Shown: positions 11,205-23,899 of the stretch, in pieces
Layout: every line of letters begins with the position of its first letter
Position numbering within the stretch: position 1 is the first letter of the stretch
NCBI GenBank assembly: GCA_013239625.1
Contig: MU053652.1
Coordinates: 1,738,001-1,802,000, forward strand
Reading direction: 5' to 3'
Length of the DNA stretch: 64,000 nucleotides
Source: Lama guanicoe
Lineage: Eukaryota
Translations under genes and position numbers: made by a program
Notes under the pieces: generated by a model
Seen by the model: only the letters and a program-made list of their open reading frames with translations
What the model was told of the DNA's origin: nothing
Database searches by the model: none

Positions 11205-12129
11205 TACTATCGCATGAAATTATCCAGTTGTGGAATTCCACCTTGGAAGAGACCTGAGAAATCCATTCATCCTCTCATTCCAGGTGGGAAGCTAGTTCAG
11301 TATGTGGATTCTTCTCATTTCTCTTCCCCTGAGAACTACCCAGGTGCTGTGGGATTATCAAGAGAGGGACGGACTTCAAGGGCTGCCAGAAAATTCCACT
11401 GAGGACATGGGACTCAGGGATATGAGACAGTCCACTTGTGAGGAGGTGCTCCCACGCTCAAAACAGACAAACACCTCCCTGGAGTTCGGGCAGGGAGAGC
11501 CGCTGGGGGCTGGAGCTGCCAGAGGAGGCTGTAGGATGTGAGATTTGCCTGCTGTCCCAGCGGGGATCGTTGTGCCGTCTGCCCTGAGGCCTGGAGATGG
11601 GCTGCCGCCGGGCTGGCGGATGGAGACTCAGGGCTGAGGCGCTGCCTCCCCCACAGCCATTCCTGGCTTCACAGCACAGCTGCCAGCGACCCCCTTCTTT
11701 CGGGTGTTTGGCTCCAGATGTCCAAACCCGAGGACATCATGTCAGCATGTTTCTCTGCTGACTGTAAAAGAACAGCTGCATCTTCTAGAAGACCCTTCCA
11801 AGTCCACCGCCCGTTAGGATGATTATAGTGTTTTACGCGTAAGTTGGTTACGCCTCTTGGGCCCCTTTTTTGAGATTCCATTCTCAGACACGGAGGGGGT
11901 GATATTTTGAGACACAGAATGTTAACAAAGAATGGGTTTTAGAGATCATGTGATCCCACTTAGTGCAGAAATGAGAGGGAGGGTGACGGGTAGGGGAAGA
12001 AGGGAGGCAGAAAGGTCACGTAACTTCCCTGAGGTCACCTGCAGATGTGGTGACAGAGATGTGACTGGTCTTTTCCCCTTTAGAACATACTTTCTTGTTC
12101 AGAGTTTTAAAAAAATGAATTCAAAATGA

Positions 12130-12790
12130 AAACTTTCAGTCTTATTTGGAAAATACAGAAATGGATAAGGAAGATTAAAGAAACTACATTCCCAGAGTGC
12201 TACCATCCTATAACCATTGTTAATATTTCCTTTCAATTTTTTATGTTAATTATTTTCTGTAGTTAAGGTTATACTTTCTATCTATCTATCATCTATCTAT
12301 CCACACACACACATGTGTATATATTCACTGAATAGGCTGGAAAGAAAACCGTATATATGTACATACATATGTGTATGTATATATATATATATGAAACCTT
12401 ATAACTCAAGTAATTTCCCCACTTGTTGTAAACTTTACATAAACATAATTTCAAACATGTACTTAATAGTCTATCATGTGAATGTATCATAGTTTACTTA
12501 CCCACTCCCTTACTGTTTTATATTTAAATTACTTCTCATTTTCAAATTATAAATAATACTAATATGAAAATGATTATGCGTAAAGGCTTAACTTTTCTTC
12601 TTTTTTAAATCCCTGTATGTCAGGCTGTTTCCTTTGGCTGGAGTCCCAGAAGTGGTGTTTCTAGGTCAGAGGGTATAAACACGCTCAAGATTGGCTATCT
12701 GTTACTAAATTGTTTTCTAAAAGTATTGTTCCAATTTATGTTCCCACTAGAAAGCTATGAAATTTTATTAAATCTTTGCTAATGTGGTAG
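12130..12790 (-). mobile_element. Old LINE-1 3' region (L1ME-like) with embedded microsatellites
   Basis: AT-rich; ataaccattgttaatatt, atgtatcatagtttactta, tcccagaagtgg...ggtcagagggtataaaca, ccaatttatgttcccactag. Confidence 0.75.
12277..12393. repeat. Compound microsatellite (TCTA)n, (CA)n, (TA)n
   Basis: Directly visible simple repeats. Confidence 0.85.
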
Positions 12791-14513
12791 ACAGTCCTCA
12801 TTTCCGATGTGAGAAATCTCAGTGCTCTAAGTTCAAGGGTGGCTGTGAGGCAGCCGGGATATGAATAAACTGTTCCGCTGAACATTTTTGAAAACTCAGC
12901 AAAGCCCTGGCTCCACCCTAGAAAGCAAAGAATTAGCCCCAGTTAGCTTGGTGGGCTAGGACAGTCCTCCAAACGGATGCCTGTGCCCCGGACCGGGAGT
13001 GATGTGTTGATACAGACCCAGGAATTTTTTTTTTTACGTTGATTGGTCTCCTGGCGCTGTGCTGGAATGTAGGAACTGAACGGTCCGTGTGCATGTGTAC
13101 GTATGTGTGTGCACGTGCTCCCCCAAAAGCATCTCCATCCCCAGAGGAAACCAGAGAGCTGGATCAATGGACTCGTAAACACATGGCTCACAGTGGAAAA
13201 TGGGATTGATGCACCGTCCTGTGAAAATCACCAGGGTGACTCACTGGCTTCTGTGACGAGCCACGTCTGCCCACCTCAGCCCTGCTGTTCAGAGAACGGC
13301 CCAGTCCTGGGGGTGGGGTGTGCCAGCAAGGGTCAGGGGAAGACCAGCTGTGATAATGAGGCCCTGCTCATCTCAGGAGGTCTGGCAGGCAGGGACCACT
13401 CGGAACAAATGAGAGTGTCAGTATCTGTCGCTCCGGGACCGCAAATCCAGGACTGTTAGCGTAGGTGACTCTGGAGCTCCCCACCCCACCGCCTCCTCTC
13501 CCAGCAACTCTGTCCGGATCGTGAGGATGCTGGGATGAGTGGTTCTTACAGAAGCAGATACACCACTCGGGCTTGCTTTCCTTCTCTTTAGAAAAGGGGG
13601 AATGAGGCCTGGAAGGTTGGGTTTCCCCCTCAAAATCATCACCCACTTCATTTCAGTTCTCTTGGGACTTGCCCAGCCTTCTCTGCCAACACATCAGGGG
13701 TAAGCCCAAGAGTATAGGAGACACGGCCCCTCTGGCTTCCGTTCGCGGAGAGTATGTGTGGGACCCTGAGGCCAGGGAGGCAGATCACCTGAGTTCTGAC
13801 TCCAGTAATCTGACTCCGGTCTCCAACTTCCCTGGGCCTTGCTCTTCTCACCTGAAAATAGGAGTCTGGATTTGGTGAACGCTGGGCCTTTTTTTAAAGT
13901 TTATAAGTTTGTAATATGATTTTTTAAAAATCAAGTATGCCTAAATAAGTGACATGTTGGCAAGAAGGAAGCGACTGCTCTGAATCCAAGAGGCCAGGGA
14001 ACTGGTCCTCTTCCTCTGTCTCATGTGAGCAGGGAGCCCCTGGGGGTCCTTCAGCATCAAAAGGCAAGCAAGAGGGGTTAAAGCTGAACAGCGGGTGAAT
14101 TAGAAAGGGCCTGGGTTACTGCATTCCTGAAAGTCATAGAAGTGAGGGGAAACCTCAATTGGAGTAGTTTAGTAACTGCGGTTCCCAAGGAGTTATTGGA
14201 GAGCATGTGACTTCCCTAAGGCAGCTTCATTCAGGACCCACAAGGTCCCATGTGTGTGGAGTCCCGTGGCAGGAGGGGTGTGCCATCCTTTTCAAGTGAG
14301 CCAGCTGAGGTCTGTGCTGAGAGCTAGTCATTGGAGTGACATGGATGCAAGTCTTCCAAAGTGGCCCAGGCCTCTGGAAAGTCTGTGTCCCCCTGTAGTT
14401 TAGCCCGGGGGATATTGTCTCTGAATTTGTCGGGCAGTCTGTCCCTTGGACAAATGGAGTCTTTGCCTACAGTGCAGCCATGTGGAGTCATCGTCCCTTC
14501 CCTGCCTCTCAAA

Positions 14514-14735
14514 CAATGCTTTCCAAACCAGGGTCACAACCTCTGAGTGAGTCATTAAGTCCATTTCGTGAGCTGTGATCAATATTGTGAAAAATAGAAC
14601 AGAGTAAGAAAGGATCAGAGTGCACTGCAGGAAGCAAGGGTGAGACTTGTTTTCCTGAGAAGTTTTGTTTCATCCTGTATTGCAATGTGAGTGAGATCTC
14701 CTGGGTAGGTCTCAGTCAAAAGAGATAAAACCAGT
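14514..14735 (+). mobile_element. hAT-Charlie non-autonomous element, same family as 1022-1287
   Basis: tttccaaaccagggtcacaacc...aaaatagaacagag...atcagagtgcactgc...aagggtgag...ttttgtttca. Confidence 0.6.
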
Positions 14736-15662
14736 CTAAAGGACAGGGAATCAGGAATAAGGAATCCGGAGGTTCTCTGTACACCCTCATAGTGTGGATT
14801 TCATACTAAGTGGACATGTGTGGTGAGAACCAGAAATCCCACCCGGGCTGTGCTTGTGATGGGCTGTGTGGGGCCTGGGGTCCGTGCGCTCAGCCCAGTG
14901 GCTCCTAGCTCTGTGGCCTGGGCTCCGGACTCCGGAGACCTGCCTCCTCCCCAGGAGGACAAATGCCTGTCACCAGTCCTTTCAGGCTGGCAGGTAACTC
15001 TCCTTTTCCCTTTATCCTTGCTCCTCTTGCTACATTCAAGACTAAGGGGGTTGAATTGAGGAGGAGTAAAATCAGAGAGAAAAAGGAGTGAGTCGAGCAT
15101 TTCAAATGTGAGTCAAATGTGGCAGGAAGGTCGTCGCAGTTCCTAGATTTAATAACTAGAAGGAGCTGCAGAAATAGCCTAGTCCTGCCCGTCATTTTAC
15201 AAGGGACCTGATACTCAGGGAAGTCGTGGGCAAGCAACTTGCAGCGGGTGATTTAAAACCCAGGTTTTCAGTCAGCAAAGCTCAGGCTCCACCCACTCTG
15301 CGTGCTGTCCTCATCCTGCCTGGCGGCTTCACATTCTAGCACATGGCTTTGAGAGCTTTTGGGTTGAACATATACCCCTGGGAGGGGAACGTGGATAACA
15401 TCCCCCCTCCCCAGACACATGCGCCCTCCTCCAGCTGCCCCGCTCTGACTGTCCCCAGAAACAACCCATTCCCTGAGGTTCTCAGAGCAGAATGGCAGAC
15501 TGAAGTCCCACCCCCACAGCAGGACCAGCACTGGGGCAGCCAGTGGGGGAGACAGGTGAGAGGAGAGCCTCTGGCATCCCTCATTCTGCGCTGCTCCCTC
15601 ACACAGACCCTAGAGCCCCACCGACCCGCCCTCCATGCCTCTAGCCTCAGCCGCCACGAGAG

Positions 15663-15950
15663 ATAATAATAGTAATAATAATAGCGAGTAACAAGGAAAC
15701 CGTGGCGATCAGGAGAGTAATCAGAGCCTGCACCGGGCACCTGTCCAGGCCTGGCGCTGTTCCAGGCACTTGACATGAATCGCCTCCATTAACCTTGTAC
15801 CTCTGTGGCATGGTGCTTTTGCTCTCAACCCTTTTAACCAAAAGGGACACAAAACGAGGCACGAGGAAGTTAAAGAAGTCATCGTCACACAGCTCATTGG
15901 ATCCCAAGCATGCAGTCTGGTTGGCAGCCCCATTCGTAACCACTGCCCTG
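15663..15950 (-). mobile_element. MIR SINE
   Basis: (aat)n tail, ccaggcctggcgctgttccaggcacttgacat, gaggcacgaggaagttaa...gtcacacagct. Confidence 0.7.
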
Positions 15951-18874
15951 TAACGTTGTGGCCTCCCTGTGGCCGGGTTCACAGCCGGGTACAGCGTGAT
16001 GGGGCCTGAGCAGCCTCAGTTGAAACCCAGCACAAGTTGTGCTGGACGGGCAGCGTCCTAGTTCTGTCACCGGCTGGTAACGCCTGCCCGGTGCCTCCCC
16101 GGCTCGAGGTCTGTAAGAGCAGGTTTGCAACTGTGAGCAGTGAGTGGATGCAGGCTGCTCTGCTCCCCATCCAGCCTCTTCGTCCACCCCAGGAGGCCAA
16201 GGGGCAAGCCCCTCGTCCCCTGGGGGCTCGGTGGCGACGTCACTGGGGTGAGTATGCCATGGCTCAAGGGAGAGTCTTTGGGAAAAGTTTTGGGGATGTT
16301 TCCTGGGGTTTGAGGAGCCCGACTCGGCAGGGAGGTGGCGGCACGTGCAGCCGGCCTCCTGTCACCCTGTGGGATGGTTACGTAAGGTGCCGGTTCCCAG
16401 GGAGCTATTTAGGGTCAGGCCTCCGGGTGAATCCCCCAAGGGGACCTGACCCATATTGCATCACGTTGGTGCTTGGAGACCCGTGGAAACAAAAGAAGTG
16501 GAAGCAGCCCTTTTCTCCCAGCCGCCCTCGGAGCCTGGGCCCTTCTTTCCCTGAGAAGTGACAGGGCCCGTGCCAGGCCCTTCCCCCCGCTCAGTAGTGA
16601 GTTCTGTTCCCCTTTGCGCACGGGAAAGCGGCATGTCTGATGCACGCTCACCTGGCCGCCCAGGGGACTGAGACAGGGTTTGCCTTGGAAGGGACACTGA
16701 ATGGTGAGAGTTTGCAAGGTGGTCCAGGCGCCACCTTCTCCATCCTGGTCACTCAGGTTCTGTCCCCTGACATCGGCACCCAAACACCCTCTTCCTTCTC
16801 TCTCTGCATCCCCACCCTCACCCCCAGGGAGAAGCCACAGGTCTACTGTTTGGAGTTTGTGCTCCTCTGTCATCACTTTCGATGGCGATGGGGGTAGGGG
16901 AGGAGACTGGAGAGAAAGAACAGAAAATGCTAGGAGGGAACAAAAGTCCTCATTTAAACTCAGGCCGATGCAGGAATCCGGCTGACACAGCAGGAAAGCG
17001 AGATTAGTAACAAGTGAGAGGGAGATGATTTATGTTTTGTGCCCAAGGATCCACAGAAGGCTTCCAGGTGTCACCCGGGCTGCCCGGCGACCTTTAGCAG
17101 CAATTAGAGCCGGAGACTGTGCGTGGGCCCCCCTCCGCTTACCTGCCTGCCTGGTTTTAGGCTAATATTTTCATCTGCTCCTGCGTGCATGGGGGCTGTT
17201 AAGAGCCTCTCTTCCCTGCCTGATTTCTCTTTCTCAACTTTCACCTTTAGATGAAAGCAGGACATGGCATCCCGAGAGCACATGATTGGGGGCTGGGCTC
17301 TGAGGACACCGCATAGTCACACATCAGGATGCCTGGGTTTGGAGCCTCCGTCCCCCTTCCCTGCCACCCTTGGCTCTGTGTATGTGTCCAGGCCTCCGCG
17401 TCCAGGGCCGGGATCTGGGGGCTGTTTTGTAGGGGAGACCTGACTTCTCTGTAGTCTCCACTCTGAGCGCCACTTCCTAGGATGTGGATGTGGCGGTGGT
17501 GGACTGCCAGCCTGCCTGGCCCCCTCAGGGGCAGGCCTGCCCTCTATGGCTTTGACCGACATGAAAAGCAAAGGCGATGCAGCCGGCCTGGGAGATGCTC
17601 AGCGTCAGCCCCGGGGGGAGGAGAGTTCTGGTTACTGCACATTGGCGTGCTAGCACCCGGTCAGCTAAGTGGCTTGTGTTTTGCTAATAAGCTCTCTTCT
17701 ACACTAGCTCCCGGATGGTGGGTCAGTGGGTCGGGGTGCTCAGCACAAGAAATTAAGCAACTAGGTCAAAGACCCACAGAATTTCTGACCAAGCCAGCGC
17801 TGGAGTTCACAGTCACATCTATCACATGCAAAGTGATGGTTTCTCAGTCGTGATGTGGGAGGTGCTTCTCCTGGTCCTCGGATGCCTGCCTGTTAAGGCT
17901 GACTGACGTAACAGACCGTCAGTTCGAGAGCCTGCTGCATGCCCTGGGAGGGCAGCGGTGGGTGTTACGAGGGAGGAGAACAAGCTTCACCATGGGCGCT
18001 GGTGCTTTTGGTCCTTTGGGTGCAGAGGGCATTCTCTGGAATCAGAAAGGCTGGCCAGCTGCCCCTCACCCCCGGCAGCCACTCACCTTGTACACACACT
18101 GGATAAATTAGTAACAGACACAAGGGAAGCGCAAGGAGGGCTTTGCAGGGCTTTTAGAACTTCGGCTTGAGCATCCTAAAGCTCTTTCTCTGTCTTCCCC
18201 GTGGAGCCCCTCAGCGTCGCTGAGGTGGCCTTCCCCTATTAGATGAGCAGCCCAGGTTACTTCGTGTAGATTTCTGTCTCCCCTCTGCTGCTGGGGTGTC
18301 TGACACCTGTCACCTGTCACTGTTGTCCGTGATGTGGACACTGTCTGATGTGTTACCCGTTTAATTTTGTTTTGAAATCTTCTGTGTGCTTGGAAGGAGA
18401 TCATCAAGCTTATTAGACTTGTGTGTAAAATAAGGGTAAAGAGGCAGTGAGTGAGCGCACAAGGGACCTGCTCAGTCCGGTGCGTTAGCTTTGGTGTGTA
18501 GGCACTGAGATTTCTATTTTAGCCTTCCTCAGGCCATTTCTGATATTTTCTGGCACTTGGCTGGTTCTGGGTTGGAGATGGCCAAGGCCAGCTGAAGTGC
18601 AGATAGGCAAGGAGTTCTGAGCCGTGATCAGGATGGCTTATGTTTATACCCATTGGTGCTATATTCTGAAACCTCTCCAAGTTCTCCACATTGTGTTACC
18701 CAAGAGAGGCCGTGTGTCTTCTGGAGAACTGTCTCTGTTGGCAATTGCTTTTGGCAATTTACAGGGACTTAAAGCTGGCTCAGATGGTCGAGAAAGTCAC
18801 CTGTCTCAAGACAAGGAGAGAGCCAGCTTATTGTCACTTTTATCTATTCTCATTCCCTTCTGTGCCAAATTCAG

Positions 18875-18915
18875 TCCTCCTCCTCCTCCCCCTTCTCCCC
18901 CTCCTCCTCCTTCTC
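18875..18915. repeat. (CCT)n-like low-complexity tract
   Basis: cctcctcctcctcccccttctccccctcctcctccttctcc. Confidence 0.85.
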
Positions 18916-19219
18916 CCCAGAATGGCCACGCCATCTCCAAGCCCTTCTTTGCTGACCTGCAATGTCCTTCCCTGGCTCCTCTGTCTGAATTCTCCATCTC
19001 CGTCAAATCCTGGTTAAATCCTGCTTCCTCCACAAAGCTTTCCCTTGTATTCCACCTTTTCCTTCCTCTGAATGCCTGTAACGCTTTATGCAACAGTTGA
19101 GCCGTTCGTTTATTTATTCAACAGGTATCAGTGAAGCCTTTAGAACAGGATTATATGCAGATTGTTTCCGAGTCTCACCTATTTGTCTTGCCTTCTCAAT
19201 GAGTATCTTCACTTGGGAG

Positions 19220-19679
19220 CGGTGGTTCTCAACCTTGGCTGCACAAAGACTCACCTGGAGAGCTTGGAGAACCCTGGTGCTTATTAGGCTGCACCCTAGA
19301 TCCCTTAAGTCAGAGCCCAGCAGCAGTTTTTTTTTTTAAAGCTTTCTATTTTGAAATCTTTGTGGATTTGCATGCAATTGCAAGAAATTGTACGGAGAAA
19401 TTGTCCGTGTGCCACACATTCAGTTTTCCCCCAAGATAACGCTTTTACGTAACTATAGCCCAGCATCACAGGCAGAAAATTGACACCGGTGCAGTCCACC
19501 AAAGGTGCCCTTTTAGATTTTGCCAGTTTTTACATAGACCCCTGTGTATGTGTTTATGTGTGTGCACGTATTTAGTTCCAAGAGATTTTATCACATGCAT
19601 AGATCCGTGTAACTGCCTTTTGATAGTTTTTCCAAACTCGCGGGTGATCTCCCTGTGTGACCGAGGTTGAGAACCATGG
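19220..19679. mobile_element. hAT-Charlie MER5A split in two by an L1 insertion
   Basis: 5' part cggtggttctcaaccttggctgcac...tcacctggagagctt (19220-19326); 3' part gggtgatc...aggttgagaacca (19622-19679). Confidence 0.8.
19327..19617 (-). mobile_element. LINE-1 3' end (L1MC-like)
   Basis: poly-T then tattttgaaat...ttgcaagaaattgtacggaga...cagttttccccca...taactatag...aaattgaca...ttttatcacatg. Confidence 0.8.
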
Positions 19680-20639
19680 CTCTGCGAGCCCCACCCCATT
19701 TGCAGCCGACAGGGCCCAGCAGGTGATGCTCTGTACAACCTTTCTGAGTCCACGTTTCTTCCCCACAGATGACTCACCCGGGCCCCAGTGGCCCATCGGG
19801 CTGCTCCCACCCTCCCAGCTGCAGCCCTCCCCCTTTCCCTCCCTCAGCCCTGAGACCCCCGAGCTGGGACACGCGTGTCAGGTTGCCCAAGTCCCCCTCT
19901 GGCCCGCTTGCACAGATAGCTATTTCCAGGGCTCGGGAATGAAATTGAAAATAGACCAAACAATGTGACAGTTTTCTGCTGCTATTTTTTCTCCCATGAA
20001 CAGAATGTTCAGCATTATTTTTTTTTCTCTTTGTGCAATACTGCAAGTGAGAAATAATCTGATTGGAATGCTGGCTTCTGCTGTTTATAAGCCTGCAGTC
20101 TCCAGCAAGCTGTGCAGAGGGAGCTTTCCCAGGGACTGGGACGATGTTGGCAACTTCGGCCACATCCAGGTGCTGATGAGGCCAGGAAGTAAAAGGGCCA
20201 CATACATATGGATGGTCCTTCCTGAAGCTTCTCTTGGTCCTGGAAGCCTTGTAATGCTTTTTGCCTGAAAGCTGTTAATGAGTAGACTGGCCCTTCCACA
20301 CTGGGAAGGAGCTGGGAAAAAAGAGTGTTGGTGTCTAAGGTAGAGGCACATTTTATCTCAGACGTTGTACCCTGAATAGCTTAGGGGCCAGATAGTCATT
20401 CCTTATGCCCCAGATCTGCTTTTCTCAAGACTCTGGCATTTGAGGCCTGAGATGGGCTGGCTCTAGAAAGCACAGTCGAGTTCGGGGCTACGGGGATAAT
20501 AGGAAAATGCTCTTCTGTATCCTGCTGGGGACTCCTCTCCAGTCTCAAGAGACAGGACAGGAGGTTTCATGATTGTCAGTGTCGTATGGGAGCTTAGAGG
20601 AAGTAGAGTCCCATTATTTCTCTGAGATGTCAACCTGAG

Positions 20640-20740
20640 GGTATTCATTCTTTCCCTAATTTAAGAAATATTGTATGGATTATCTGCTCTGTGCCGTAAT
20701 CGTGGGCTTGGTTCTGGGGACACGAAGATGAGAAGCACAA
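20640..20740 (-). mobile_element. L2 3' end fragment
   Basis: ttcattctttc...aaatatt...tctgctctgtgcc...ggttctggggacac. Confidence 0.5.
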
Positions 20741-20935
20741 ACACTTGCTAGGCATTTATCTCTCTAGATATGGCTTTACTTTATTTTTCCTCCTGGGATG
20801 GGAGGGTGGATCAGAGTTGGGCAGGAGAGGAAGTTGATCGTTTTGACTTATTCCAATCTGCAAATGCCCGGAAGATGTCAGGACAGAAAAATCAGATTTG
20901 AAAAGCCCCCTCCTTTCTTCGTCAGGCCCCATGGA

Positions 20936-21054
20936 GGTGTCTAGATCTTGACTGGGGTGTTAGCTGCACAGGTGAATACAGTTGTTAAAAGTTCATCGAA
21001 GTGTAACTCAAGATGGGTACATTTCCCTATGTGTAAATTTTACCTTAAAAAAAA
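20936..21054 (+). mobile_element. LINE-1 extreme 3' end (L1MD/ME-like)
   Basis: tcttgactggggtg...acaggtgaataca...ttcatcgaagtgtaactcaagat...tgtaaattttacctt followed by poly-A. Confidence 0.75.
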
Positions 21055-21454
21055 TCACATTCCAGAAAGAAATGGAAAAGAAGTGGCGAAGCCATAGTTA
21101 AGAGAAGACAGCTTTCATCAGAAATAAAACCCAGATTGTGAAATTTCATCCTACAACATTTTCAGAGGTGGGAGCCACCACACATGGCGGCCCCAAGTCT
21201 CTGCCTCCAGAGCAGAGGGACGTGCCCTTCAGGGGACTGGCTCTACCACAACCTGGGTGTGCCTTCTGCTGCTTTGGGAACATTCCTTCTGTACTCCAGT
21301 GGGGCCAGGCTGGTCCTGTCTCTCCCGTGAAGCCTTTCTCCATCTCCAGTCTATCTAAGTGACCTTTCCCTTCTCGGCTTCACCTGCACTGACTGCCTTC
21401 ATGTGATTTGACACTAGATTACTCAGTGTCTTTCATTTTATTTACTAAGTTAGT

Positions 21455-21535
21455 ATCATTAAAGAGCTTAGAATAGTGCCTGGCACATAATAGGTTCTCA
21501 ATAAATGATTATCATTATTGTTATCATTGTTATAT
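21455..21535 (+). mobile_element. MIR 3' end
   Basis: aaagagcttagaatagtgcctggcacataataggttctcaataaatgattatcattatt. Confidence 0.8.
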
Positions 21536-22539
21536 TTTATGCTGTGTCCCGTCTCCCTAGCGCCTGTGTCCTTGATGGACATGCAGGTCTGGTGGGGGCT
21601 CGATTGTGTCCGTTGGGGGATCAGCAAGATGCTGGATGCTTGTGCTCATAGAAATCTGCACAGATGTGTGTAAACTCCAGGCAAACTCTAAGCCCATGCC
21701 TTTGGGGAATCTGACTATACCAGAGACCTGAGTGAGGAACCTTCTAGCAGAGACTTCTGCACTTAGATGCAGCACCAGCCAGGTGGTGTGGGGAGGGAAG
21801 GCATGCCAGGATTCGCAGACCTCTCTCCAGCCCCAGGGTTGAGAGACCTTGAGAAAAGCCTGGTCCCCAAACAGCCCACAAGAGTGTGGCCTCAGAGGGC
21901 CTGATCTTTGTGGATGGTGTCTTTTGAGTCTCCCATGGCACCCCAGGATAGGGTAATGAGATGCCACTTGATGACAACACCCTGCCCTTCAAAGTGACAC
22001 TCAGCCAAGGGGCAGCATGACAATGACACCTGCTCATCAGCCCCGTCCACCTGGAGTCTGCAAGGGCCGGGCCACCCTGCTCATTAGGTCGGCATCTGTC
22101 CCCATCAGCCTGCCTGCAGCTGATGCTCATTAATCCTGGGGCTCCAAGCCTGGAGGGCTGGGCGAGCCTGAGCATTTAGAGCCATTTATGGCAATGGGCT
22201 TGGCGAGAGCTGCTAGATTGATGTATAATTGAGCTGAGGGCCCCCCTGCATCCCTGGAGCCCAGACTCCCAAACTAGACCAGTCCAGGAGGGTGGTTTGG
22301 GCTCGCTGGCTTCATGGAAAGGCCCAATGCAGGGGTGAGGTTCCCGCCAGACCAGCAGAGCAGATTCCAGCACATGCTGGGGGCCTCCTGGCTGGCTTTC
22401 CTTGGGTGTGAGGGTTCTGATTTGGGAGACTCAGCAGAACCCCTGGCACCCTCAGGAAGGCAGGACACTTGTCAGGGTTTTCACAGGCCAACTTTGGGAT
22501 CAGCCTTCTGAACTCACAACAGCTTTGCCAGAGAGTAAC

Positions 22540-22720
22540 AATAATGAAAGCAGCCAGTGATGTGTAGCGACTGCTTACTGTCTCCTTGGTGTTGAGCTAA
22601 AGGCTCCAAATGTATCATCTTATTCAGATGAGGAAACTGAGGCACAGAAGGCTAAAGAACCTGCTCAAGGACACCCCGTGGTAAAGTCAGAGCTCATCTG
22701 TGGACCAAGCAGCCTGGCTC
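22540..22720 (-). mobile_element. MIR SINE
   Basis: core cagatgaggaaactgaggcacaga...ctgctcaagg. Confidence 0.75.
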
Positions 22721-22859
22721 AGATGTGGTGTTTCTGCTTTCTACTGCCCGGGGCCCAGGACTTGGCATTGCCAGCCTAAGCAATGGGTCTGACAGGTGTC
22801 AGAGATGCTGGGACCCTCCACCGTGAGACCAAAAGCCTGGGCTGATGGAAGAGAAGGTG

Positions 22860-23035
22860 GTGGGAGTCAAGAAACTGGGATTCCGACTTCATTCGAGCCA
22901 CTTAGCAGCCGTGTGATGTTAGGTGTGTTACTGCCTTGCTCTGTGTCCTCAGCCAAACAGGCATACTGTTCTTAGTTGTTGTTTTTAAATAAAGAACCCA
23001 GGGTGCAGTAAATGTGAAAACACTTAGGAAAAATT
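22860..23035 (+). mobile_element. MIR SINE (degraded)
   Basis: tgggagtcaagaaactgggattc...gccacttagcagccgtgtga...ctctgtgtcctcag...aaatgtgaaaacactt. Confidence 0.6.
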
Positions 23036-23899
23036 AATAATGGCAGCAGTCACTGCCCTTGGCCCAGCAGGAAGGCCCCACCATCAGGAGCTCCCACTGG
23101 GAGGAGAGCAGTGCATGTCTGTGGTAGAGATGGTAGGCGCTGCTCCATTCCCCAGGGAATCCCCAGCTCTCTGTCTTCCTTCTCTTCCCTGATGTGGCTG
23201 TGATGGGGCTGGGCTTCCAGGAAGCTCAGATCTGCCCACCTTCTCTCTGGGTCTCTCCCTGTGGGCGTGGCTTTCCTGAGCAGACAGTGGATGGTGGGGA
23301 AGACATCTCATCTCACTCCCCTCCCCCTGGTTCTTCCTGCTACCTTGTCTCCACTTCTGGCCCCGGCCTCTTTCTGCTGGTTCACTATCATCAAAGATGG
23401 GTCTCAGTATCTGCACTGTGAACCCAACCATCTCCATTGCTGCAGGTTTCAGAGCAGCAGAGTGACACAAGCTGCTGATGCATAATTCAACAAACAATCC
23501 AGAAATGCATCAGAATTCAAATGACTCACATCACAGGGATCTGGATGTTAAACATTGTCTCTTAAAAACCCACTCCATTCATGCCGGTTCCTGCGCTTTT
23601 ATCTTCCAGTGTTTGTAAAATTTTCAGTAAGGCTGGGCTGCAGAGGAGAGTTTCAGCCTAAAACTGATGGCTGGGGATCCCTGTAGAGAACATGGTGGTG
23701 TGAGGTCCCAGCCCCCATCCCTGGCCAGCTGTCACAGTGGCAGATGCCCGGGGCTGAAACTTGGGACCGATTCCCCCAGGCCCCAGGTGGATGTGGGCCA
23801 GGGCTGGCCCTGAAGTCTCCAGTCCTTCCAGCGGGTTCACCCCTACAGAGGCCCGGCCCCGCCCTGAGGCGGACAGCTCCCTGCTTCACTGCAGAGAGG

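Noticed and set aside
18624..19100. 158-aa ORF with poly-proline
   Set aside because: The poly-Pro comes from a (CCT)n tract and the remainder overlaps L2-like sequence.
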